64,000 nt of DNA from Vicugna vicugna (lineage: Eukaryota), in NCBI GenBank assembly GCA_013265495.1, contig MU061578.1, forward strand, positions 133,308-197,307, given 5' to 3'. Position numbers and translations under genes: made by a program. Every line of letters starts with the position of its first letter. The first letter of the stretch is position 1. Positions 1 through 11,771 of this stretch are shown here, piece by piece. The notes under the pieces are model-generated. The model was not told the origin of the DNA. It searched no databases and was given only the letters and a program-made list of their open reading frames with translations.

Positions 1-499
1 GAACCAAATGAGTGGAAATTAGAGGCAGATGGAACTGGCTCAAAATAACTGAAATTGAACATTCTGGACTGGCTGCTGCTAATATAAATAATAACTCCCT
101 TAGACAGTGTTTGTCTCCACTTATGAGTATGGGAGTTTTGTTTTGTAAGTGGGAGAGTAAAATTTTTTTTTAGAGTGGGGGTTTGGAAGGCCAAAGTGTG
201 GGACAGGAGAACCAAGAGGGATGGCATGATGTTTGTTCTCCATAGAGTCCCTTGGGCTTGTTTTGAATCCCTATGGAAAGAAGAGTTTAGATGCATAAAT
301 TGAAAAAATAAGAGAGAGTGGATCTAAGCTATTTTAAGTATGTCCTTGGCATAATTACTAATACACAGAACACTCGAAAATGTTAGGTACCAGCTTGTTT
401 ACTACCCCTTTCTCCTCCTATGTCTTTGTAACAGACACCTTTTGGTGGGTCTTACCAGTTGACAAATGTCGTTTCTCCTCTGGAAACTTCCCATCCCCA

Positions 500-1063
500 T
501 TCAAAGAATCATGAGGGCAAATCCTAATAGCCACGGTGGTGATGCTGTGTGATCTGAACCCTCTGGCTGTGGCTGATTGGGCCAGGCATGCTCACCTGAC
601 CCCAGCTGGGCCAATCATGGATCCTCCCATGGAATTTGGAGTTGGATTTAAAAAGACTCCAGGCCCTATCAGGCTGGTCCATAGACACTCAGAAGCTGAG
701 GCATACCTATTATGATTACTGTTGTTATTTGTCTAGTGTACTGCAGGTTTGCAGGAAGAGAATGACTCTGAATACTAGAAGTAAAGGAGAGGTGGAGAGA
801 AGTTAGACACTGGTGGATTTTTCACTTTACAGCTTCTTTCTGTGGCCCCACTATATTTCTGCCCTTGGATCCCATGGCGGAACCCTGAATACTTAAAATG
901 CAGTGCACTCCTATTTGACTTAAGTCCTTCCATCATGATTCTTTACTGAACTTTTGTAGAAATTTGCTTGATGGGTATGAGGACTATCTCTTATTCATCT
1001 TTTTAACTGCATGATGACGTAGACCAGATTACTGTTACCTGCAACCGACGAGTACTGACTTAG
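500..1063 (+). mobile_element. Old MaLR solo LTR (MLT1K/L-like), degraded
   Basis: Contains 'gctgattggg ccaggcatgctcacctgacccc agctgggccaatca', typical of old MLT1, and a 3' end 'ctgttacctgcaaccgacgagtactgact' resembling the MLT1 terminus; subfamily from memory. Confidence 0.55.
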
Positions 1064-1245
1064 AACTCTTCTGTACCCTCCTGAACAGGCTAAGATGACC
1101 TTCACTAATTCCCAGAAGTACAGTCTTTGCTGCTTCCCCTATCAAAGACTGACCATAGTTTTGCAGAATAGCTTAATAATCACATATTCTTTTAGCAAAG
1201 AAACAGGGGAAACTGGGGGTCCATTTTTAAAACTGGGGATATCAA

Positions 1246-1330
1246 GGGGAAGGTAATAGCTCAGTGGTAGAGCACATGCTTAGCATGCATCAGGTCCTGG
1301 GTTCAATCCCCAGTCCTTCCATTAAAAAAA
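1246..1330 (+). mobile_element. tRNA-Ala-derived SINE (camelid Vic-1 type), short form
   Basis: GGGGAAGGTAATAGCTCAGTGGTAGAGCACATGCTTAGCATGCATCAGGTCCTGGGTTCAATCCCCAGTCCTTCCA plus A-tail. Has a Pol III A box (TAGCTCAGTGG), B box (GGTTCAATCC) and AGC anticodon loop, and is flanked by a degraded direct repeat (aaaactggggat / aaaacccctggggat). Confidence 0.88.
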
Positions 1331-2063
1331 CCCCTGGGGATTCTGGGTGCTGTTACAGTTATGGACTCAGTTTCCAATCTGTATTTAAACTAGAAGTCAC
1401 TAGATTTGGCCTAAGAGTCTAATTAGGCGTGATTCACAATTTATTCCAATCTTTAAAGTTTTATACCCAACTTGACCCTACAACTGGATGCTCCCAAACT
1501 TTAATTCCTCGTGGTGGTCAATTAGCAATTTCTTTGTAGAAATATCTTGTGGGTGGCTGACTTACACATCATGAATCACATGACATTAACTGGGTTGATT
1601 CTGGTTCTGTTTTCTAAGCACAAAAATGAGGCATGGATGTTATGGGAATAGAGCTCCACGTATGGATTATGTTAACCTAGGTGAGGCCACAAAGACACCC
1701 CAGGCTGACCATCGCAGATGATTCTTCCCCACTGTCTTGATGACAGGAGGAAGCATAGAGGATTGATGGATGGACCAGGTTGAAAGATTTTGTCTGTCCC
1801 CTTTCCAAAAGTTGAGGATTAACTGGACCCACAAGTTGGAATCTGACATGAGGCTTTATATCTCCTTGTCTGAGGAGGTGGCATATATTTAAGCCTTCTG
1901 GCCAAGGAATCTTTCAAGGCCAATTATTCAGCTGCTCCCTGTTGAGCTGAATCAGCGATTATTTCCCAAGAAGGGCAGACTGGCCTGGTGGATGGGTTTC
2001 TAAGAAAAGTTTGCTTGTACTTGTGTACATCTCTCTCAATTTGTTTATCTCTGTATCTATCTC

Positions 2064-2093
2064 GTGTGTGTGTGTGTGTGTGTGTGTATGTGT
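2064..2093. repeat. (TG)n microsatellite
   Basis: Direct read: about 12 TG units followed by a degenerate TG-rich tract. Confidence 0.95.
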
Positions 2094-2849
2094 CTGTTTT
2101 TTTTTCTCTCTTTGCTTCTCCTATTTCCATTTTGTGGGCTCATCAACTTCCTTGAGTGTGTTCGTGCCCATGTGTATATGTCTGTGTGTATGAGTCTTTA
2201 TCTACTCATGGTGATCATAAACTTGTGAAAATTAGACTTGTATCCAAAATGGGAAACCAGTACCCTCCCTATTCCTTTTTTTTTTAAAGAAACTCTTTTT
2301 TTTGGGGGGGGGCAACCCTTCTTCTTTTTATTTTTTATTTTTGAAGACTAAATAAAATAGTTACCTCTTTGCTGGTGCAGAGATTTTGATAATGATTTTT
2401 GATAATCACTTTCCCTAAAGTTCTTTTAGAATAATACTTTGAATCTGCCCATTCTAGGTTTTTCCTTATAGCTAGAGATAAAACACCTTGATCAAGCTTC
2501 CATAAAAACACACATCACATCAATTAACAGATATTGCCAGGGGCAGGCTCCTTGTTCAACATCTGCTACTTTATTACTAACAGCACCAGCAGAATATATT
2601 ATAGAGAACATGTCCATGGGTTTCCACTGGCCTCCAAGAGTGCACAGAGATTTCCACTGGGACTACTCACTGTAAGAAGCCACAGTGACACTCCACGTTG
2701 AGCCTAGGGGGTGGCGTGAGGTGTGTGTGGTACATTTTCCTCTCCCATTCTGGCAAAACCATAAAGACTATAGTTATTATGGGGGGGGGGAACTTGATCT
2801 CTATCTTCTAGGAGCTTGTCTTCACAAAAGGCATCAAGATCAAGAAATA

Positions 2850-3050
2850 ATAATTATGAGTGATATGAGCTATATTTCTTGAGTATTTACTGAATGTCAT
2901 TGTGTTAGGCTCTTTGCATGTGTTATCTCACTTAACACTAAACCAATCCTACAGGGAGGCATTATTATTCATTTTGAAGGTGAGGAAGCTGGGCATAGAG
3001 TTCACTTATGTTGCTCAACGTCACATAGGTATTGAGTGGCCATAGTGGAC
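2850..3050 (-). mobile_element. MIR SINE
   Basis: Reverse-complement MIR core 'attattattcattttgaaggtgaggaagctgggcatagag...tgctcaacgtcaca'. Confidence 0.75.
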
Positions 3051-3109
3051 AGTGATAGTTCTTTGTTCCCATGTCCTCTGCTTTTGGAAATGACCCTCAT
3101 ATTTTGACC

Positions 3110-3488
3110 TAAGGATTGAACATGTGATATGGGCCAAACTAATCATTTTCTGGGCAAGGATGATTGATCTTTGGTGGACACTGGCCCGGCATGTCCAATG
3201 AGAATCCATCTCTGGGATTAAGGTTCAAATGTAAGGAGGAAGAAGGAATTTTTTCCCTCTAGGATTGTTAAACTAGGTGCCAGTGGTTATTTTGCTCAGC
3301 ATGTGGGGATGTTCTTTTTTTCTGCCTTAGGGGAAAAAAAGAGACCAAAAGGCACAGAGAATAAGAGCAAGCAAAGATGAGAAACAGATGGAGAGTTCAG
3401 TCCCTAGTTCCAGGACTCAATTTATGTGGTTCTTCAATCCACTGAAGCCAACAAATCCCCTTTATGGTTCAAGCATGTTTGAGGTGGG
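3110..3488 (+). mobile_element. Old MLT1 LTR, 5' part; interrupted by MLT1F-like LTR and resuming ~3973-4010
   Basis: 'tgaagccaacaaatcccctttatggttcaagcatgtttgaggtggg' is an MLT1 3' region, and its continuation 'gtttccgttacttagaattgacagaatcc' follows the inserted LTR. Confidence 0.55.
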
Positions 3489-3972
3489 TCTGGTGGTTTA
3501 GAAATATCCACAAATTGATACTTCTCCATTCAAGAGGTAGAATCTAATTCTGTTTCTCCTTGCCTATGGAATGGATTTAGTGACTCACTTCTAACAAACA
3601 GAATAAAATGGAAGTAATGGTGTGCTATGGAGACTGGGTTATAAAGGCACTGCTCCTTGCTCCTTGCTTTCTCTTGGACCACTCACTCTAGGGGAAACCA
3701 GCTGCCATGTAGTAAGGACACTCAAGCAGCTCTGTGGAGAGGGTCACATGCTAGGTAACTGAGGCCTCCAGCTAATAGCCACAGGAATGAGCCATCTTGA
3801 AAGTGTATCCTCCAGCCTTGAGATGAATGCAGACTCCTGCTGACACCCTCACTGCAACCTCACAAGAGACTATCATTTCTGACCCATAGAAACTGTGAAA
3901 TAATAAATGGTTATTGCTCTAAGCTGCTAAATTTAAGGGTAACTTATTAAACAGCAATGGAAAACGAATGCA
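3489..3972 (+). mobile_element. MaLR solo LTR, MLT1F-like
   Basis: Starts 'tctggtggtttagaaatatccacaaattgatacttctccattcaagaggtag' and ends 'aacagcaatggaaaacgaatgca'. AATAAA near 3900; near-TSD gtggg/ggggg. Confidence 0.8.
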
Positions 3973-4069
3973 GGGGGTTTCCGTTACTTAGAATTGACAG
4001 AATCCAGACAAGTTGAGAGGGGACGTATCACTCATATTAGGTGGGTGCATATTTATTTCATCCATATCC

Positions 4070-4624
4070 ATTTCCCTTTCTGCCCACAGAGTCATCATTC
4101 CCCCTTGAGTAAATTAGCATCTCGCCTGTTCTCAGTTGTGCACTTTGGGTGGGACTGACTAAGGTTAGGGGTTGTTCATGATTGGTTTAAGCTAATGCAT
4201 TTCATTTCCTGGCTACAATGATTGGTTTCGGGATGGATACTTCATTCCAAAAGAGCCATTGAGATGCAAGGAGATAATTTTTGAACCTTCCAGGAATTAT
4301 TTTCCTCTGTTCTGGAGAAGCCTTTCAGAAATTCTTTCTTTCCACCCCTGGAAGATGTGTTAGGAGGATGTGAGGGTGGATGCTGCTATAGCCATTTTGA
4401 TGCAGTGTCCAGTACAGGGCACTACAGTGTTTGAGAGAGAAGAAAGACTGACAGATACCAGATCTTAAGTGATATTACTGGTTTCACTAGCAAAAGCCTT
4501 ACCTGAAGCCCTCCTGTAGGCATTTTAGTCATGTGAATCTATGAATTCTGGCTATTTTTAAATCTACTTTAATTTGGGTTTTCTGTTCCATGAAACAAAT
4601 AAACAAAAATTCTAAACTGATACA
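4070..4624 (+). mobile_element. MaLR solo LTR, MLT1K-like
   Basis: Contains 'catgattggtttaagctaatgcatttc...ggctacaatgattggttt' and ends 'ttgggttttctgttccatgaaac...ctaaactgataca'. Confidence 0.65.
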
Positions 4625-5609
4625 CATACCCAGATCTGTCTGAATTTAATGTTCATACCTAAACTGCCAAGAATTATATAGTAACATCCTAACGTGATCA
4701 ATGGATTTCTGTTTAAAAGTCATATTAGACACAGTCTTTTCTAACTTATTATTAAAAAACCCCAAGAAGACATAGAAAAATGGAAACTCATACAACCCTG
4801 AAACCCAAAGCTGATACTGAAGCTGTTGTCAAACTCTGCAAGAACATTCCACTAATCATAAGCCCTATGGAGCCAAACTGAGACCTGCATAATGAGGGGT
4901 GACACATATTTTGATGCCTAGAACAGGACAAGTTTGATATCTATAAGCAGCAAAGGAGAAATGTTCTCCTTCTACTTTGCAGCCTAATGACTACATGACG
5001 ACGACTGATCTCTGCTATGTGAATATTAAATGTTATGACAAAAAAACTGCTGAAAAAAATTCTTTTTTTTACACTTTTATGTTCAGGTAATCGGTTATTT
5101 TAGGTGATGCGATGGCTTAGAAAAAATAAATCTATTTCTTTAAAACAATACTTCAAGATACACTCTAGCCAATTGGGAGAGAACTTAAAACAGAAAACTC
5201 AAGAATGGGAATGTTCTGGCATAAAAGAACTGGCCATAAAATTGATCATAAATGTTGATACACATTTTGAAAGGCAAGCTATGTATTGGAGAAATCAAAA
5301 AGAAGAATAATGGGAAAGAAAAGCATGCTAAGTTTCCTTACCTAGAGGACTGTCAACACATACCAGGTCATGTTAGTCTTTGACAAATAACATTAATGAT
5401 AATAATAGCAATTTACAAACAAAAGTTATTAAGTCCTTATTGTGTTCTTGGGTCAATGCTAAATATTTCACAAGAAACATCTTCTTTAAGAAATACATGT
5501 TAAAGTATGTTTTTAACTAACTTAAACGTAACGTATCACATCATTAAGTCAAGTAAATACTATGGTAGATACAAGTTGACTGAGAGGCATATTTGAAAGA
5601 ATAAATCTT

Positions 5610-6650
5610 TGTTTTTTTAAATGAGAAGATTAAATCTTATCAAGGTGTCAATTATTTGAAAATGAATATACAGTTTCACAACTCAATCAAAATCCTATTG
5701 GGACTTTCAAGGATCTTTCAAAAATCATTCTAAAGTCTATCCGAAAGAAAAATGAAAAAATGACATTTTGAAAACAAAGCTGTTTGCCTGACCAGATCAC
5801 AAGATGTTTTATAAGACTGTAATAATTGAAACATTGTGGTTTTGGTACAGGAACAATCAGTGGAATAAAAAATACTACTGACTAAAACCTGAGCATATGT
5901 GTCATATAAAAATAAGATAAAGAAAGCTTCACAAGCCAGTGGGAAACAAGTGAATTCAAGAAGTCATGTTAGAAGAATTGGTTGTGCAGGGGAAAAGAAG
6001 CAAGTTAGATCTTCACAATTACATTATGCTCCAAAATATATTCCAAATGAATTAAAGAGGTAAATATGGGGGAAAAAAGGTCTGTAAAAACTTAAAAAAA
6101 TCAAATGCAGATAAATATTAATCTCATTTTGAGATATGATTTTTCCAAGCATGAAACTCACAGAAGAAATCACAGGAAAAATACTAATAGATTCAATTTT
6201 AAAAGTTGAGAACTTGGAATAAGTTCTGGAGATCTAATGGATCGCATGGTAAAAAAAAATACATGAGAACTTTGTACAGCAAAGCACATTGAGTCAAATT
6301 AAAGGGCAGGTGGCAATTGGTGGTGGCAGTGGGAGTGGGGGGGATTTGTAAGAAATATGGTAGAGACAGTTTTACAATGCCAAGAAATCTCTAAAAAATT
6401 CAGAAGAAAAATGTGCAAAGGGCATGAAAAGTTGATTTCTAAAGCGAGACATATGAATGCTCTATAAGCATATAAAGAAAATGTTCATCTTTATTAGGCA
6501 TCAAAAAAAAAGGAAATTGGGGAGACAATGAGGCATAATTTTACCTATCAAACTGGCCAATTAAAACATTACAAGATGTAGTGCTGGCTGGGGTGTGATG
6601 AGCAGACCCTTACATGCTGCTGGTCATTATATAAACTGGTGCAAATTGAC
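5610..6650 (+). mobile_element. Ancient L1 (L1M/L1ME) ORF2 3' region, heavily degraded
   Basis: Recognisable L1 ORF2 text ('caatcaaaatccta', 'tataagactgtaataattgaaacattgtggttttggtacaggaac', 'tttacctatcaaactggc'); A-rich sense strand; no intact frame. Confidence 0.75.
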
Positions 6651-6775
6651 TTTAGGGTCTCCAGTTATTCCTATATAAAATTGGGATGATTATACTTCTC
6701 TGTTATGGCAAGGGTCAGATAGGATAATAAATGTAAAATGCCTCAAACAGTGTAAATGTTAATTATTGATGTTGG
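6650..6775 (+). mobile_element. MIR fragment
   Basis: 'ctccagttattcctatataaaattgggatgattata...ataataaatgtaaaatgcct'. Confidence 0.6.
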
Positions 6776-8349
6776 AGATGATGGCTGTGAAACGGTGAGG
6801 GAAGATTTCAGAGGAGGAAGAGCAAGGTATTAGTGTGTGAACTGGTCCACCAATTAGCGTGGGGCCATGAAGAGTTGTGCATGGAAGAGAAATGAGAAAT
6901 GCCCTTCCTGTTTGCCTCCTGGATTTATGGAGTTGGAAACAGAAGCTATGTTACAGACGCTCAAGGAGAAGGGATTTATTGGGCTTTCTCTATGATAGAT
7001 GACACATTCCGGCTGAATCCCAGGACAGTCATCATGAATCGGTTTGCCTTTTGACAGTTGACCTCTTTCAATATCCTCTGCCCCAAACCAAGAGATCTGG
7101 GCCACATTATCCCCTGTTCCCATACTTCCTTTCCTCACCCGCTAACTTGGTTTATCCAGAAACCATGCCAGAAACACATCGATGGAGCAGACAGCATCAT
7201 TTACAAATCATACCTGATTCCAAAGATACGAGTTGAGCCCACTGGCTTAGGACTTGACTGACTCCAAATAAAAGCCCTGGTCTTTCCTTCCACTCTGTTA
7301 GTGTTGGATTCCATTCAGCAGTGGCCACTATTCTGATTGGAAACATACCAAATATTCTCTAACCAGCTGTGGCTGCCAATGTCTGGTCAAGAGAAGAAAG
7401 ACTTGAAGCACCATCCAGTAATGTATTGGGCTTCAAAATGAGCTGGCATTCAATACCCAAGTGAAGTAAATGTTAGTGAAGCTAATGTTACATGATCTCT
7501 GAAGTGGTCAAAGCAGCCTTGTTGCTTTTGCACACCCAGAAATTAACTAGAAATCCCACAACCTCTGTGCGGACAAACTGAAAAAGCAGCGCCCTAGACT
7601 GAGAAGGTTTCTCCAGATGTGGTGACAACCAACGATCTACAAAGATGCTCAGGGAAACGATGGAGCATATCAGCATTCTCATTAGCATGTTCTCATTAGC
7701 ATATCGGTGTAGATTAGAGTAACAGGATGCCAGGTGAATTTTGGAGCATACATTTTGAGATTGGGATGGAACTACCAATTTGGAGGTGGTAATCAGTTTT
7801 TATTTTTATTTTTTGCTTTATAGACAATCCTTATATTTCTTTTGGAAGGACCGTTTTTCAGGGCCCACTAGCTGTGCAGATGCCAGGCAAATACTTGCCC
7901 AAAGTCTTGGAGAATCTCTAAGTACAGCTGAGTAACCACACTGCAGATGCTTCCTACTGAGATGTTATGCTTCTTTCAGCAATATACAATGAATGTAGTG
8001 GCAGAACTGAGCCGTTTTAAAGTTTATTTTGTCCCTAAATCTGAATATAGGATACTGCATACCTGAAAATTGTTATTGGGTCTTGGGCAGTGTGTGAGTA
8101 TGTGTGATCTTGTTTGACTCCTTGTGGATGGCCCATGACAGGTGAAGAGGGACAGTAGCGGCGAAGACCAGCCTGACATTACACGAGAGAAGAGATGGAC
8201 GAAGTCTGACCCAGCACACTCCACTTCACTGATGTCCTGTATGGGATGTTGTGGAAGTGGAATTTGGCTTGTGTCCGTTAAACAGGTAATTTGTTAGCTA
8301 GTTCAACAGTTTTCTTACTGGTCTTCTGCCTTACTCTTACAGATCCTTT

Positions 8350-8510
8350 CTCTGAATCCATTGTCTCCAGCAGCTAAAACAATCTTTAAAAATGTTAGGA
8401 AGATCACGATACCCTTTTCATTCAAATTCTCTCAAGTCTTTATCATTTTTAGAATGAAATCCAAACTCCTCACCACAACCTACAAAGCTTGCAGTAATCT
8501 GATCACCTGT
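8350..8510 (+). mobile_element. L2 fragment
   Basis: 'aatctttaaaaatgttaggaagatcacg...tagaatgaaatccaaactcctcaccacaacctacaaagc'. Confidence 0.7.
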
Positions 8511-8759
8511 TCCCATTTATAAAGTCAAGTTATACCTTCCCCTCCCTTTAACCAATTCCTGTCGGGGACGAGCATATTTAGTGAAAAAGTGAGGGAACCT
8601 GTAAATTTTATTCATACTTGTATTTGTTAAAATATTTTATAATTGGAAATCTAGTCAAATGACATGCATAATTAAAGTTAAATGAGAAAGAGAAGGTGTT
8701 ATTGAATTTTGTAGTTTCATGCTGATGAGACCAGTGGGATATATATGTATTCAATTAGC

Positions 8760-8940
8760 TTCACTAACCATTTGCATCAGAATTCCCGGGGTTGGTGGTG
8801 GGTGAGGGGAGTGCTGGACCTGTGGAGATTCTTGACCATATACATCAGTCTCTGGAATGGGACCCTGGGAATCTACAGGTCTGTCTATTAGATTTCTAGA
8901 GTCATATGGTCCCGAGATCACATTTTGGGAAACACTAGCA
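8760..8940. mobile_element. MER5-like hAT-Charlie MITE
   Basis: 'tgcatcagaattcccgg...catcagtctctggaatgggaccctgggaatct...cacattttgggaaacact'. Confidence 0.6.
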
Positions 8941-8971
8941 TAGTGAAAACCCAGATGCCTGACCATTCCTA

Positions 8972-9385
8972 TATTTATTTATTTTTTATTTTATTTTATT
9001 TTTTACTGAAGTATAGTTGACTAGTAATGTTTCATGTGTACAGCAAAATGATTCATTCATATATATGTGTGTGTGTATATATATATATATATTCTTTTTC
9101 AGATTCTTTTCCATTATATAAGTTATTATAAACTACTGAATATAGTTCTCTGTGCTGTACAGTAGATTCATGTTGTTTATCTATTTCATATATAGTAGTG
9201 TGTATCTGTTAATCCCAAACTCCTAATTTGTCCCTCCTCCCCTCTTTCCCCTTTGGTAACCAAAAGTTTGTTTTCTATATCTGTAAATCTGTTTCTGCTT
9301 TGTAAATAAGTTCATCTGTGTCATTTTTTTAGATTCCACGTACAAATATCATATGACTTTTTTTTTTGTTGTTATATGATATTTC
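8972..9385 (-). mobile_element. Cetartiodactyl-type L1 3' UTR, 5'-truncated
   Basis: (TTTTA)n tail, then 'actgaagtatagttgac...tgtgtatctgttaatcccaaactcctaattt...ccctttggtaacc'; reverse complement of the L1 3' ends at 16.6 and 46.7 kb. Confidence 0.9.
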
Positions 9386-9832
9386 GGATCTTTGTTTGTA
9401 ACTGGGTCCAAGCTCAGACGCGTGTTTGTATAATAAAGTATTTTTACCTAAGTAACAGGCCATGAATAAAACAAAGAGAAGCCATTATGTAGATGTACAA
9501 CGATTCAAAATAATTTTGTTTGGAAAGGAATGGTGTTCTATCTGAGCTCCTCCTAGATTTTATTAGGATCATTAATATTTTACCTCAAACCTCATTTGAA
9601 GAAATAGGTCATGATGGGACAATGAATGAGCCCATCTCAGCGTGGGGCACCTGCATCATCATATGCATGTATCAAATCCACTTGTTGAATTTAAGTCAGA
9701 GAACAGCAAACACTGCAGTGGTATATCCTCTTGGGATGTAGATACTGCTGCAATGATCCTGTGGTCACCCAGGTTATTCTTGAGTCCAGAAGGTCAGGTG
9801 AACCTTTTGCTTTACCCTGAAAATCTCCTACA

Positions 9833-10012
9833 CCAGAGTTTCTCAAAGTGTGTTCCACACACCACTCTCATTGGTGTGCCCTGGGGGCACTTACTAAGAA
9901 AGCAGATTTTGGGTCTTACTGATGATCTGTTGGATCAGAATGTCTAAGAAAGGGCCCCAGGAACTTGCATTTTAAGTAAGGCTCTCAGTTTATTCCGACG
10001 CACACTGAATTC
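9833..10012. mobile_element. MER5A-like hAT-Charlie MITE
   Basis: 'cagagtttctcaaagtgtgttcc...gatcagaatgtct...ccccaggaacttgcattttaagtaag...gcacactgaatt'. Confidence 0.75.
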
Positions 10013-10021
10013 CGCCCCATA

Positions 10022-10257
10022 GCTGTGCTGTCCACTACGGGACCCACCACAACAGCCTCTAGCCACATGTGGCTTTTGAGCCCTCGAAATGTGGTTAGTG
10101 CCACATATTGAGATGATCACATTTTGGACCTACTGGATTGAATCAAATATAATTTAAAATGCACATCACCTGTCTCTTTTTACTTGTTTAAGTGGTTATG
10201 AGAAAATTAACAATGACGTATGTGGCTCACACTCTTGTTCTAGCAGACAGAGCTGCT
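10022..10257 (-). mobile_element. MER33-like hAT-Charlie MITE
   Basis: 'ctgtgctgtccact...ctagccacatgtggcttttgagc...atgtggctcacac...gacagagctg' with terminal inverted ends. Confidence 0.75.
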
Positions 10258-10499
10258 GAAGAGTATCAGTATCTTAAAAACCCTCAGAGTAGTTTTGGAA
10301 GGAGGTTCTGGAAACTTCCGAGAATGAGGTGCTGAGTGAATGAGAGGAGTCACCTTCAGAACTTGGGGAGGGGAAGCCTGGTTCATTTCCCAGTTGTAAG
10401 GCTCCAGTTCAGCTGGGATAGCAGCCAAAGGTCTCTGCAAACTGAGATGATCTGGATGGCATTCAAGAGCCTGGAGTTTCCTTTTCACAGGTCATGTTT

Positions 10500-10680
10500 A
10501 AACACTTCCCCACAGTGTGGCTTTGACCAAGATGCCTCTCTTCTCTGATTTCAGAGCTCTCATCCTTAAAATGAATGTTTCCAATAATGACAGAAGTAAT
10601 AGCAACACACTGGTATAGGATTAAAATGAGATAACTGATCTGATACAGAGTTTGGGGGCCCATCAGCAGCCACGAATAGG
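10500..10680 (+). mobile_element. MIR
   Basis: 'tgtggctttgaccaag...ctctgatttcagagctctcatccttaaaatg...aggattaaaatgagata'. Confidence 0.65.
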
Positions 10681-11264
10681 TGTTTGTGGTTTTCAGTTTT
10701 TGTCATTACTGAAATGAGGTCCAGTCAAGCTCTTTCCCTGTTTCCTGTTCTTTCCTGGCTATCCCTCAGGTTTTTGGGTTGTGAGTCAGTGGAACTGGAG
10801 ATTCCAGCTGACCTGCTGGTCATTACAATGAACAAATGGACTGGCCACTTCACAGTCATGAGGATGAGAGGATTTCACAGTATTGGGATCTTTCCTTTAG
10901 GGAAGAGGCTGCTAAGAAAGGCTAGAGGAATAAGATAACTAGAAAAATAAAAAAAACTCAACCCCCAGCTATAATCCCTGTTCTTCCTGGAGTCCTAATT
11001 TTGGCTAAACACACCCCAACCCACCCCTGCACTTGTCATAGTGACAGGCAAGATCTGGGTGCTTGTTGAGATGGAAGGGAGACAATTCATGAGCTTTGGT
11101 TGACCTTCCCCCACCGGCATTCTTCTCAGCTTTCAAGTCTCCCTCCTGCACATCGGAGTGGCCTCATGACAGAGAAAACAAAAGAAGGGAGTGATATAAT
11201 CAGCAAAGGAAAATACCAGTAGAGTCTTCAACACTTGGAAGCCGGAGAGACTGCACTGACACTG

Positions 11265-11610
11265 TGGCAGTGGGGCCAGACTTCAGTGTTCAAATCCTAG
11301 CTCCACTATTCAGTTCTGTGAGCGATTCAACTTACCAAATCTCCATTATCATGCTGGGTCCAGTACTGTGCCTGTCACAATGCAAGCTGTTATCTTGGTG
11401 CTTAGCACACAGCCAGCCTTTAATGAAGTGCTAATTGTAATTATTTTGCTAACTGAAAAATTGCTGGAACACTTTTTAGCCTTCCTGAGCCTCAGGTTCT
11501 TCATCGGCAAAACAGGGGGAAAATCCACCCACTTTGCAGATTCAAGTAAGGATCATGTGAGATGATGCAGACAGCACCTGACACATTGCAGGAGGTAATA
11601 CATGTTCCCT
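11265..11610 (+). mobile_element. Two adjacent MIR fragments
   Basis: 'ttcaaatcctagctccactatt', 'gtgcttagcacacagcc' and 'cctgagcctcaggttcttcatcggcaaaacagggg'. Confidence 0.65.
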
Positions 11611-11771
11611 CCTTCCTCCCTGTGCTCCTTTCTCCTGCATTACTCACTTTTTCCCTATGTCATTCCCAGTGTACTGGACAAAATGGGAAGAGTGGAGTGT
11701 TCTCAAGTTTTGTTTGTTTGCTTTTTAATAATACAAGACCGCAGGCTTTAGGATTAAATTACCCAGGTTAC

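Noticed and set aside
1246..1330. Functional tRNA-Ala(AGC) gene
   Set aside because: Extra bases in the 5' acceptor strand, CpG-decay substitutions, an A-tail rather than a T-run terminator, and a TSD indicate a SINE.
5610..6650. Active or domesticated L1 ORF2
   Set aside because: Many stops and frameshifts; no ORF of 60 aa or more in the track.
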